A stretch of 32,000 nt of DNA, from positions 600,001 through 632,000 of the forward strand of contig OY970322.1 of assembly GCA_963716945.1 (NCBI GenBank), in the 5' to 3' direction. Below are positions 15,330 through 23,676 of the stretch, piece after piece. The notes under the pieces are model-generated. The model saw nothing but the letters and a program-made list of their open reading frames with translations, ran no database searches and was not told the DNA's origin. How positions within the stretch are numbered: position 1 is the stretch's first letter; each line of letters starts with the position of its first letter. The stretch comes from Candidatus Saccharimonadota bacterium. Lineage in GTDB: Bacteria; Patescibacteriota; Saccharimonadia; Saccharimonadales; UBA4665. Position numbers and translations under genes: made by a program.

Positions 15330-16607
15330 GTGATAAAGACCTTGCAGCATCGACTGAAAAACTTCGATAAGCACCTAAGCGACCATCCGCGGCTGACGTT
15401 CTGGCTGACACTGGCAATCTGCACGTTATTAATAATATCCCGCCGCCCGCTTGCCCTGCTGCATGCTCAATTCTGGGCTGAGGGCGGCAAAATTTGGTAC
15501 GCCCAAGCCCACAACAGCGGCCCGGTTGTTACTCTCTTTCGCACGTATGCCGGAACTTTTAGCATATTAACTCGTCTGGCCGGTTCGCTGGCCTTGATGG
15601 TTCCCTTGGCTTTTGCCCCGCTTTTATTAAACATCTTCGCTCTCTTATGCCAGCTGTTGCCGCTGGCCATAATTAATAGCGGCCGCCTCAAAAGCATTAT
15701 GCCCTATAAGTCCCTGCCTATAATTGTCAGCTTGCTTTATGTCGGCATAGCTAACTCGGACGAAGTCTTTATAGACCTGGCTAACATCCAATGGCATCTG
15801 GCAATTGCCGGTTTCTTAGTCCTGATTGCGGGGCCCGGGCGCAACAAAGCCTGGCAGATATTCGACGTGGCGCTGCTTTTGGCTGTCGGTTTGACCGGGC
15901 CAATGGGTTTGGTCCTGCTCCCGGCCGCGGCACTAGTATGGTGGCCTAATCGGACGGCTGATAATCTTCGGAAACTCGTAGCTTTAGTACTGACATCTAT
16001 CCCGCAACTGTTCAGTCTATTCATCATCAATGCAGGCAACCGGGTCAATGGCCAGCCATACGCCAGCGGCCTCAAGTTCCTGAAGATGCTTACGGGCCAG
16101 ATAATGACCGGCGGCCTGTTGGGCGAGAAACACGTCGGTCTCTTTTACGGCCACCCTTTAACCATGCTTGTTCTGCTGGCTATTCTTATATACGTAATAC
16201 TTTTTGTAATCGTCAGGGGTCCCTATTGGCTTAAGCTGGCTAACCTATGCGCCGGCTTGATAATTGCCCTTATGCTGATCGGCCTTAAACCCTACAAAGG
16301 TTTTGACGACTGGCAGGCCCTGACATACCCGGGCGGCGGCCAGCGTTACTGGTACATACCGATTTTCGTTTGGCTAGTGACGCTCTTGTGGTTGGCTCTG
16401 CGCGGCAATAAGGCGCTCAGACTGCTGGGTGCTAGCGGCTTGTTGCTGTTCTTAGCCGTCGGTGTGCCCCAAAACTGGGAGCTGGCTAGCTACAAAGACC
16501 TCCACTTCTCGGCTTACGCACAGAAATTTAACAACTTGAAGCCCGGGCAATCACTCGATATACCAATCAACCCCCAAGGTTGGCAGATGACATTACGTAA
16601 AAGGTAA
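15330..16607 (+). CDS. Polytopic integral membrane protein (about 11-12 TM helices), function unknown; GT-C-like glycosyltransferase is only a guess
   Basis: 425 aa and strongly hydrophobic throughout. GTG start with GGAG just upstream. Confidence 0.7.
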   Translation: MIKTLQHRLKNFDKHLSDHPRLTFWLTLAICTLLIISRRPLALLHAQFWAEGGKIWYAQAHNSGPVVTLFRTYAGTFSILTRLAGSLALMVPLAFAPLLLNIFALLCQLLPLAIINSGRLKSIMPYKSLPIIVSLLYVGIANSDEVFIDLANIQWHLAIAGFLVLIAGPGRNKAWQIFDVALLLAVGLTGPMGLVLLPAAALVWWPNRTADNLRKLVALVLTSIPQLFSLFIINAGNRVNGQPYASGLKFLKMLTGQIMTGGLLGEKHVGLFYGHPLTMLVLLAILIYVILFVIVRGPYWLKLANLCAGLIIALMLIGLKPYKGFDDWQALTYPGGGQRYWYIPIFVWLVTLLWLALRGNKALRLLGASGLLLFLAVGVPQNWELASYKDLHFSAYAQKFNNLKPGQSLDIPINPQGWQMTLRKR

Positions 16608-16618
16608 AAGGTCTTTGT

Positions 16619-17377
16619 CTAATGTTTGGCCGCGCCGACGGCTAGCCGGGCCAGGTTGTAGTTGACGCTTAGGATACCCCGTTCGGTGCCGCGGGCCGCC
16701 TTGTCGGTCGGGCCGCTGTGGTAGGCGTTCCAGGGCTCAATGCAGACGACCCCGGCCGGCATCAGGTGTCGCTGGGCATCCCGATGGCGGAAAAGCGGCG
16801 TCGGCCGGTCCGGGTTCGCGCCGCCCAGCACCCGGAAGAACTGGGCTGGCCGGCCCGGCGCCCGGTAAGCTCCGGGATAATAAACCGAGGAGAACCGCGG
16901 GTCGCCTAAGAAGTACATTTTGTAGCTGACACCCGGGACCCGCCCTTTGTAATCGAAGTGCTTATTGGTATCGCTGGCGTTTCGGCCGTCGAAGCGCCCG
17001 GCGATGAGCGACACCGCCGGCTTGGTTACGGTATCGTCCGCTACGCCGGCCCAGCTGCGAAAGTGCTCGTCTATCGGCCGCAGCAGGTCGACGGCTGCCT
17101 GGGCCTCGGCTTCGTCATACCGCGCGCCGGCCGGCAAGTCGGCGTAGCCCTCATCGCGCGAATAGAGGAACTTCAGGCCGGCCAGCAAATTGACCGGACG
17201 GTCCCTGATTATGCCGCTGCGCGAGAAGCCGCCGGTGCCGAGCCGCCCGGCCAGGTCGACCAAATCGGCCGGATCGACCGCCAAATCCAGCGGTTCGGGC
17301 ACCACCGAATCGACATGGCGCGTCTCGCGGAAAGCGCTATGTGAGGCTAGCACATCACCAGGCGTAAAAGTCAACAT
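16619..17377 (-). CDS. Hypothetical protein
   Basis: 252-aa ORF. TTGACG-17 nt-TAGTTT promoter-like element ends 9 nt before the ATG. No family recognised. Confidence 0.6.
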   Translation of the reverse strand: MLTFTPGDVLASHSAFRETRHVDSVVPEPLDLAVDPADLVDLAGRLGTGGFSRSGIIRDRPVNLLAGLKFLYSRDEGYADLPAGARYDEAEAQAAVDLLRPIDEHFRSWAGVADDTVTKPAVSLIAGRFDGRNASDTNKHFDYKGRVPGVSYKMYFLGDPRFSSVYYPGAYRAPGRPAQFFRVLGGANPDRPTPLFRHRDAQRHLMPAGVVCIEPWNAYHSGPTDKAARGTERGILSVNYNLARLAVGAAKH

Positions 17378-17439
17378 ATTCCGTATAAACTAACATTAAA
17401 GAATACTTACGTCAAACTAAAGCCGCCCCCTGCCCATAA

Positions 17440-17552
17440 TCAGAGCGCCGTAACGGTGAAATTCTTGAAATAGAACTCGGTGTTATCGCCGCGCACGCCG
17501 ACAGCCCCCGCCTTGTAGACCGGACCGTGCAAACTATTGTCAGGCCCTGAAC
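17440..17552 (-). pseudogene. Possible C-terminal relic of a DUF1080/LamG-type (3-keto-disaccharide hydrolase-like) domain
   Basis: Frame reads ...GPVYKAGAVGVRGDNTEFYFKNFTVTAL*, resembling the G-x-[IV]-G-[LV]-x(6)-[VF]-x-F-[RK]-N-[IF]-x-[IV]-x-x-L ending of that family. Only about 36 codons are free of the upstream gene. Confidence 0.3.
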
Positions 17553-18143
17553 TCAGTCTGCCAAGACTTTCGTCTCCATCATGTTCTCCTCGTAGTCCTC
17601 CAGCCGCCGCCTCTCGACGTAATCTACGAAAATGTCGGCGCAACGCCGGTTGAGGAAGCGGATAGTGGTATTGCCGACTTTGGTGCTTAGGCTGACGGCC
17701 GTGAACAGCCAGGCCGTCGACGAGTCAACACCGCCTATAACGTCATAAGTGTACTCGGTGATATCATTGTAGCCCGGCTTATGGTTGAACGAGATAACCC
17801 GCAGGTTAGTGGCTACTATCATCCGGTCGACGAAGTTAAGCAGGCCGGGCCCTTCCCTGACCCGCCCGTAAATAACGCCGTTTATAAACTCGTCGTCTTG
17901 GATAATCGACGGCAGGTAGCGCGTGTTAAATTTGCGCAGGCCGTAAGGCGTCATGCCGGCCCTGACCAGGTCCTGCCTGATCCGGACGCCCTTTAAAACC
18001 GTCGGGTCGTTCGCCTGGGGCGGCCGGTCCTGAGTATCGGACGTATCGGACGGGGGCTCGAGCATCGTGTGCATAAGCGCCAGGATGCCCAAGCCCCGGA
18101 GGTCCGGGAGAGTAGCGGTGGCGGTGGCTCTTGCCGTTTTCAT
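17553..18143 (-). CDS. Bacterial PH-domain (YokE-like) protein
   Basis: 196 aa. DDEFINGVIYGRV...FVDRMIVATNLRVISFNHKPG...ITEYTYDVIGGVD...AVSLSTKVGNTTIRF fits the bPH pattern. Confidence 0.6.
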   Translation of the reverse strand: MKTARATATATLPDLRGLGILALMHTMLEPPSDTSDTQDRPPQANDPTVLKGVRIRQDLVRAGMTPYGLRKFNTRYLPSIIQDDEFINGVIYGRVREGPGLLNFVDRMIVATNLRVISFNHKPGYNDITEYTYDVIGGVDSSTAWLFTAVSLSTKVGNTTIRFLNRRCADIFVDYVERRRLEDYEENMMETKVLAD

Positions 18144-18164
18144 GGCTTATCTCCTCTTAGTTTG

Positions 18165-18551
18165 TTAGTGTACCGGCACGTGGCGCGGGCCGGCCGGACC
18201 GCTTCCGATAACGCTGTGGCGGACATGGCGGGCAACGTTGACCAGCCATAGTACCCCCAAAACGGCGGCTAAGCTGTAGAATACCGGCCCGCTGGCCGTC
18301 AAAACTCCGATTACGGCTAGAATGATGGCTGCCGAACCGAAAACCATTTCGCCGATATTAAGGATACTCCGGTTGGCAAAATCAAAGCTGCTAAAAGCGA
18401 ACATGACCAAGCCGATAATCGCCAGCCAGGCGACCGAGCTTTGCCAGGTGCCTATTCCGGTCCATGAGTAGCTGTAGTGCCGGGCGTAGACGATTGCCCC
18501 GACAGCTATTAACATTAGGGTGTTGATTGCGTCTCTCCATGAAAGTTTCAT
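18165..18551 (-). CDS. Hypothetical membrane protein (4 TM helices)
   Basis: 128 aa. SD GGAG 8 nt upstream. Confidence 0.6.
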   Translation of the reverse strand: MKLSWRDAINTLMLIAVGAIVYARHYSYSWTGIGTWQSSVAWLAIIGLVMFAFSSFDFANRSILNIGEMVFGSAAIILAVIGVLTASGPVFYSLAAVLGVLWLVNVARHVRHSVIGSGPAGPRHVPVH

Positions 18552-18582
18552 AGTAGTGCTCCTTCTTCGTTAGTCGTATAAC

Positions 18583-18744
18583 CTATCGTTCGTCGCTTGT
18601 GATTTCCTGTTTTAGTTTTCGCCAGCGCCGCGCCTGCAGGGCCTCGGCCTTGTGCTGCCAGTCCCGGCTGATGGCGTCGTAGAAATCTTCGAAATCCGTG
18701 GCGCCGTCCCTTTCAGGTACCGTGTGTATGTGTAGTCTTTTCAT
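18583..18744 (-). CDS. Small ORF (53 aa) heading the 18744-17553 gene string
   Basis: Below the track cut-off. AGGAGGAActcATG. MKRLHIHTVPERDGATDFEDFYDAISRDWQHKAEALQARRWRKLKQEITSDER, stop TAG at 18583-18585. Confidence 0.45.
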   Translation of the reverse strand: MKRLHIHTVPERDGATDFEDFYDAISRDWQHKAEALQARRWRKLKQEITSDER

Positions 18745-18857
18745 GAGTTCCTCCTATTAAAGCTGGTTATTTTACAGTCTCTTTATTTCCTGCGCTTTGT
18801 TCATAGGCGTGCCCTCCTTACCTGATTCCCAGTATCTGCCGCCGGCTCCGGCCGGGC

Positions 18858-18873
18858 ATTGAGCTGAATCACA
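18858..18873. promoter_or_regulatory. Crp/Fnr-like palindrome (ATTGAgctgaaTCACA; inner TTGAG-N4-ATCAC)
   Basis: 8/10 match to TGTGA-N6-TCACA and 8/10 to TTGAT-N4-ATCAA. Sits in the divergent intergenic region next to the Crp/Fnr gene block. Confidence 0.35.
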
Positions 18874-18947
18874 GCCCGCGGTTGACAATCGGCATGTCGG
18901 ATTCCGGCCCCAAGCGCCAGACTAGGCGTACTGGAGGATAAAACACG

Positions 18948-19457
18948 ATGAATATAAAAGAAGCTAAAGGCCTGTCATACCGGCAGAAGAGAATCTATGA
19001 CTTCTTGGCCAACAACCGCGTCGGCGTACTGGCCAGCGTGGATCCCGATGGCGAGCCGCACGGCTCGGTCGTTTACTACATGGTCGACAAGCGTTTCAAT
19101 GTTTCGTTTTTGACCAAATCCAACACTAAGAAATATGACAACCTGGTCAGGCATAAGAACGTTATGCTGGTCGTTTACGATGTGGCGGCCCAAACCGTAG
19201 CCCAGGTCATAGGCAAAGCGGTGGAGGTCAAGGACAGTTATGAAGTCAACCGGATCGCCTCGGTCGTGTTTGTAGCGGGCATTAAGAGCGGCTCAGGCAG
19301 CGTTCCGCCGGTAGCCAAGTTGGGCTCTGGCGAATATACGGCTTTCAGGATCACACCCGACCAGATCAGAATCGCCATTTACGGCCGCCCGGACCCGGCC
19401 GAACATAGCAACAAGATATTCGATTCCATAGAATCGTTTGACCTGAAAGCCGATTAG
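18948..19457 (+). CDS. Pyridoxamine 5'-phosphate oxidase-family (FMN-binding split-barrel) protein
   Basis: 169 aa. VGVLASVDPDGEPHGSVVYY...FLTKSNTKKYDNL pattern. SD GGAGG. Stop overlaps the convergent regulator stop (TTAG). Confidence 0.7.
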   Translation: MNIKEAKGLSYRQKRIYDFLANNRVGVLASVDPDGEPHGSVVYYMVDKRFNVSFLTKSNTKKYDNLVRHKNVMLVVYDVAAQTVAQVIGKAVEVKDSYEVNRIASVVFVAGIKSGSGSVPPVAKLGSGEYTAFRITPDQIRIAIYGRPDPAEHSNKIFDSIESFDLKAD

Positions 19458-20107
19458 AGGGCCATACCGAGCTTTTTTTCCAGGTCTTCGAGGTTTTTTA
19501 CTGTGATACCCTGGCTGTTGACGGTTGCCAGGCCGTCGGCCTTGAGCTTGTGCATTTCACGGCTGACGGTTTCCCGTGACAGCCCGGAACGGGCTGCCAG
19601 GTCGACCTCGCTGGCCGGAAGCTTGTAGCTGCCATTACTTTGCTTGCTGCCGAAGCGGCGGCACTCGATAATCAGCTCGTATAATAAGCGGCTCTTGGCC
19701 GAACCGGACATCAGGTGGACGATCCGGCCGAGCAAGCCGTCCATGCCTCTATAAATGCGGCTTAACAGGTCCAGCATGACGTCGGGGTTGTCCTTGACGA
19801 AGTCGAGCGCGTCATCTACCGGCACGACGTGCAGCTCGGTCTCGGTCTCGGTCTTGTAGTAGTAGCGGTTGGGGCTGCGGTTAATGGCCCACGACATCGG
19901 GAAGAACGCCGGCGGCTTGAATATATTAACGATAACCTCGTCACCTCTATAAGAGATGTCATACTTGCGGACCCGGCCTTTGACTATATAGAAAATGTGG
20001 GCCGGGCTCTCGTCGGCGAACACCAGGATCTGGCCTTTCGGGTATGACCGTTTGGGGTACTGCGAGAAGTGCCGTTGAATCTTATCAGATACCGATGGAG
20101 CCGTCAT
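19454..20107 (-). CDS. Crp/Fnr-family transcriptional regulator (second copy)
   Basis: 217 aa. Beta-barrel effector domain plus HTH with RETVSREMHKL. No Cys cluster. Confidence 0.85.
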   Translation of the reverse strand: MTAPSVSDKIQRHFSQYPKRSYPKGQILVFADESPAHIFYIVKGRVRKYDISYRGDEVIVNIFKPPAFFPMSWAINRSPNRYYYKTETETELHVVPVDDALDFVKDNPDVMLDLLSRIYRGMDGLLGRIVHLMSGSAKSRLLYELIIECRRFGSKQSNGSYKLPASEVDLAARSGLSRETVSREMHKLKADGLATVNSQGITVKNLEDLEKKLGMAL

Positions 20108-20160
20108 ACGCCCTCATTTCGTTTCTATTATAGGACTTTACTCGATAGGGAGCAATCAAG

Positions 20161-20176
20161 TGTGTCGGAAGTCACT
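20161..20176. promoter_or_regulatory. Crp/Fnr-like palindrome (TGTGTcggaagTCACT)
   Basis: 8/10 match to TGTGA-N6-TCACA. Lies 54 nt upstream of the regulator ATG and at the same offsets to downstream motifs as the site at 18858. Confidence 0.35.
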
Positions 20177-20253
20177 GCTCCGGCTTGACCCTGGCCCTGG
20201 ATAAAATACTGCCGGGACGCCAGACTAAGGGTTATAGTAAGTAAGGAGGTATT

Positions 20254-20475
20254 ATGACCTATCATCTAACAACGGTCGAGCTAACGGTTATTAGCCTATT
20301 GGCGATATGGGAACTGGTATGGAAAGCTATCGCCCTTTGGAAGGCCGCCAAGAATAAGCACCTGGCATGGTTCGTGGTTATACTAGTCATCAACACCGTC
20401 GGAATCTTGCCGATAGCCTATATATTGACCCATAAGGACCCTCCGGCCGGGCCTGAGGGCGTTACTGATAACTAA
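20254..20475 (+). CDS. Small membrane protein, DUF5652-like
   Basis: 73 aa. WKAIALWKAAKNKHLAWFVVILVINTVGILPIAYIL matches my recollection of the DUF5652 core. SD AAGGAGG. Confidence 0.55.
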   Translation: MTYHLTTVELTVISLLAIWELVWKAIALWKAAKNKHLAWFVVILVINTVGILPIAYILTHKDPPAGPEGVTDN

Positions 20476-20508
20476 ACTAAGGCTGTGACGCGCGGAGATA
20501 AATAGCCC

Positions 20509-21069
20509 ATGGACAATAAGTTGCAACGGTTGCTGCTCAACGCCGCGGTCAGCTTGTTCGGCCTGGTGGTAATCTGCATCATTATTAAGCCGGGCGGCTT
20601 ATCGGCCAATGCCGGCATCAGCTACTTCGGCAATTACAAGGAAACCCTCCTGCCCTATTCGGGGGCGTTCGTCTTAACGGCCTGGTTCCTGTACCAGCTG
20701 ACCAACCATTTGCCGCGGGCCAAGTTTTTGAGCGGCTATGTTAAACAGGCCTTGGACATCGTGGCTATACTGGTTATTGCGCTGATTCTGGTTCCGTCCA
20801 ACGCCGGGCGCGCCTTCGAAGACATCCACGAATCAATCGGCAGCGCCATCTTCTCCGTGGAATTAATATTGTCGATCTATTGGTGGCTGGCCTGCAAGCG
20901 GGATAACCGGCTTTTTGCCTTCCTAATGCTGGAGTTCTTCTCGGGCCTGGCATCAGCCTTTTACCTGCCGACTGCCGGCGGCTTCCTGCTCCAGGCCCAG
21001 CTGGTTTACCAGGCGGCTTTCATGCTGGTGCTCCAGCGGGTCTTGCGCCTGGCCGTAGCGCCTAGCTAG
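20509..21069 (+). CDS. Hypothetical membrane protein (about 6 TM helices)
   Basis: 186 aa, hydrophobic. Confidence 0.6.
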   Translation: MDNKLQRLLLNAAVSLFGLVVICIIIKPGGLSANAGISYFGNYKETLLPYSGAFVLTAWFLYQLTNHLPRAKFLSGYVKQALDIVAILVIALILVPSNAGRAFEDIHESIGSAIFSVELILSIYWWLACKRDNRLFAFLMLEFFSGLASAFYLPTAGGFLLQAQLVYQAAFMLVLQRVLRLAVAPS

Positions 21070-21228
21070 GCAATTAGGTGAGTATTTTAAGGCCAGGATC
21101 GAGGGGTCTGGTACGGGAACGGCTCATCCGAATTGGCCGGAGGGCGAGGTAATCATGATGCACTCACAGACGCCTAACGGTTTAACCGGAATGCTGCTGG
21201 ACAACGGTAACTTTAGCTTACCTAGTTT

Positions 21229-21894
21229 TTAAACCTTTTGCAGCAAATCGCTGCCGGCATGATAGTGGTGGCCGCCGGGCTTGAGCAAACGGGCACCGAA
21301 AGCCCTGACCTTATGTTCGCTGGGGACTTCCCACTTGGGGTGGCCGGGCACTGTGCCAAGTATATTCTCGGTTACATAATCCAAGTCACCACCGCTAGCA
21401 GCTTCAATCACCGATATGCTTTCAGGGTCGGATAAGTCTGCGATAGTGTGGGTGTCGACCCATTTACCGTACTCAAGGTCAAGCGGCTCGCCGTCGACCG
21501 TGTGGACTTCGGCGCCCATCGACTTGGCTGCTATAGCTAGTCCCGGCACCATGCCGCAGCCCAGGTCTAACAGCTTGAAACCGGCCAATACCTGTTCATC
21601 GCGCAATGCCCTAACCAGCCTATTAGTTCCGGCACCTACATCTGTCTGGACTGCCCGCTTAATTGCCGGGCTAGGCGCTACGGCCAGCGCTACTACCAGC
21701 TGGTTGATACTTGGCACGGTGTTATACCAGTAGCCGTTGCCTAAGCCCTCCGGTACGATGTCTTCAAAACCGCTCATTTCGTCGCGTCCTAAATGGACGC
21801 TGCTGCCCGGGCCCTCGGGCCCCTCACGCATCCGCCCTCTAATATCATGAAAAAGGCCCGGAAACTCAACTTTTTGCAAACCGTCAGCTGACAT
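21229..21894 (-). CDS. Class I SAM-dependent methyltransferase
   Basis: Motif I LLDLGCGMVPG, with later acidic-loop and post-I elements. The track starts at TTG 21900. ATG 21894 (MSADGLQ) is more likely. Confidence 0.7.
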   Translation of the reverse strand: MSADGLQKVEFPGLFHDIRGRMREGPEGPGSSVHLGRDEMSGFEDIVPEGLGNGYWYNTVPSINQLVVALAVAPSPAIKRAVQTDVGAGTNRLVRALRDEQVLAGFKLLDLGCGMVPGLAIAAKSMGAEVHTVDGEPLDLEYGKWVDTHTIADLSDPESISVIEAASGGDLDYVTENILGTVPGHPKWEVPSEHKVRAFGARLLKPGGHHYHAGSDLLQKV

Positions 21895-21958
21895 CAGCAA
21901 ACAGTAACATAAATAAGATATTATTACAAAAATGCTAGATTAGAGCGTGGAATGGGTT

Positions 21959-22816
21959 TCAGCCGAACTTGCCGGTGACGTACTCTTCGGTACGGCTGTC
22001 TTTGGGGTCAAGGAAAATCTGGCGGGTCTGGCCGGCTTCGACCAGTTTGCCGTCGAGCATGAAGGCCGTCCGGTCGGCGACACGGGTGGCTTGCTGGAGG
22101 TTGTGCGTAACCAGTACGACCGTGAACCGGGCTTTGAGCTTGACGATCAGCTCTTCTACCCGCCGCGTTGACTGCGGGTCTAGGGCGGAACACGGCTCGT
22201 CCATCAGCAGGACTTCCGGCTCCAGGGCGATCATGCGGGCTATGCAGAGGCGCTGTTGCTGGCCGCCCGACAGGCTGCCGGCACGTTTGTTAAGCCGGTC
22301 CTTAACTTCGTCCCAGAGGCCGGCGTCGCGCAGGGCGCTTTCGGCCCGCTCGCGCAGCTTGTCTTGCTTCATACCGGTCAAACGCAGGCCGGCGGTGACA
22401 TTATCCAGAATCGACATCGTCGGGAACGGGTTTGGCTTCTGGAAAACCATACCGACCGTTCGCCTGACCGCAACCGGGTCGACATCGGTACCGTAGACAT
22501 TTAGCTTATCCAGCATTACCCGGCCCTTGGCGCTGGCGCCGTCAATTTCTTCGTGCATCCGGTTAAGGCAGCGTACCAGCGTCGATTTGCCGCAGCCCGA
22601 CGGGCCGATAATGGCGGTAATCTGGTTGGCCGGGAAATCCAGGTCGACGCCCTTGACAGCTTCTACGCCGTCGTAAAAGGCGTGGAGCGAACGAACCTGC
22701 ATGCCAAGCCCTTTGGCCGTCTTGCGGCTCTTGGCCTTAGCTTGTGTCGTCCGGGCCGACCGGGCCTTGGTTGATGCTTTGGCCGCCGGGCGGCTGGCGG
22801 ATAGGACTGGACTCAT
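21959..22816 (-). CDS. pstB: Phosphate ABC transporter ATP-binding protein, with basic N-terminal extension
   Basis: Walker [10 protein letters not shown], signature LSGGQQQRL, Walker [16 protein letters not shown] overlap with the pstA stop. Confidence 0.92.
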   Translation of the reverse strand: MSPVLSASRPAAKASTKARSARTTQAKAKSRKTAKGLGMQVRSLHAFYDGVEAVKGVDLDFPANQITAIIGPSGCGKSTLVRCLNRMHEEIDGASAKGRVMLDKLNVYGTDVDPVAVRRTVGMVFQKPNPFPTMSILDNVTAGLRLTGMKQDKLRERAESALRDAGLWDEVKDRLNKRAGSLSGGQQQRLCIARMIALEPEVLLMDEPCSALDPQSTRRVEELIVKLKARFTVVLVTHNLQQATRVADRTAFMLDGKLVEAGQTRQIFLDPKDSRTEEYVTGKFG

Positions 22817-23676
22817 GACAGGTTGCTCCTTCGCGCGGCCAATCGGGCCGCTATGTTAATTAAAAGAATCATCACGATTAAAGTCAACGCCGCCCCCCAG
22901 GCCCTGGCGACCAGCTGCGGGTTGGGCTCGCGGACATCGTCGAATATCTGGAGCGGCAGCGAGTTCATCTGGGCTCCGAGAGAGAAAGTGGTAGCCTGCG
23001 CCCCCAGTACCGTAAACAGCAGCGGGGCCGTCTCGCCGGATGCCCGGGCGACCGCCAGGAGCGAACCCGTTAACAGGCCCGGCAGCGCCGTCGGCAAAAC
23101 CACCTGGGTAATCATCCGCCAGCGCGGCGCGCCAAGGGCCAGAGCCGCTTCGCGCAGGTTATCCGGTACCAGTGCCAGGCTGACTTCTGAGGCCCGGGTC
23201 ACGACCGGCAGCATGAGCAGCGCCAGCGCGATCGAACCTTTCCAAGCGGCGAAACCGCCGACCAGGCCGCTGACGACCAGGACGGTATAGATAAACAGGC
23301 CAAACACGATTGACGGCACGCCGGTTAGCACGTCTACGAAGTACCTTACCAGTGTAGCCAGCCTGGACTGCCGGCCGACCTCGTTCAAATAAACGGCCAG
23401 CGCCATACCGACCGGCACGGCAATCAGGGTGGCTAGCGCCACGATCTCCAGCGTACCCAGGATCGCGCTCTTGATACCGCCCTGGTCGCCGAAGAAAGCC
23501 CCGGTCGGGTCGGTCGTAAAGAAGCTCCAGCTCAGGGCCCCGGCGCCGCGCACGATAACGAATAGCAGTACCAATACCAGCGGAATGAAGGCCAGCAACA
23601 AACCGGCCAGCAGCGCGCCGCGAACGAACTTGTCGGTACGCTGCCGCCGGACCGAGGTAGCTGCCAGGGCGTTCAT
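22813..23676 (-). CDS. pstA: Phosphate ABC transporter permease
   Basis: 287 aa, 6 TM helices, [14 protein letters not shown] loop. Confidence 0.9.
   Translation of the reverse strand: MNALAATSVRRQRTDKFVRGALLAGLLLAFIPLVLVLLFVIVRGAGALSWSFFTTDPTGAFFGDQGGIKSAILGTLEIVALATLIAVPVGMALAVYLNEVGRQSRLATLVRYFVDVLTGVPSIVFGLFIYTVLVVSGLVGGFAAWKGSIALALLMLPVVTRASEVSLALVPDNLREAALALGAPRWRMITQVVLPTALPGLLTGSLLAVARASGETAPLLFTVLGAQATTFSLGAQMNSLPLQIFDDVREPNPQLVARAWGAALTLIVMILLINIAARLAARRSNLS

Noticed and set aside
16619-17377. H-F-D (NKHFDYKG) plus a distal His (NAYHSGP) suggested a 2OG-Fe(II) oxygenase facial triad
   Set aside because: No RxS 2OG-binding motif follows, and I could not recognise a jelly-roll strand pattern. 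I left it as hypothetical.
19454-19457. Convergent gene overlaps (TTAG at 19454-19457; 14 nt at 26906-26919)
   Set aside because: These are real, but they are ordinary consequences of compact gene packing. No hairpin or antisense-regulation signal was seen.
21155-21232. 25-aa ORF (MMHSQTPNGLTGMLLDNGNFSLPSF) with GGAGGgcGAGGT upstream, next to a methyltransferase
   Set aside because: The SD is tempting, and a RiPP-precursor idea crossed my mind. However, the methyltransferase is convergent, no other maturation genes are present, and the ORF overlaps the convergent gene's end. This is too little support without conservation data.
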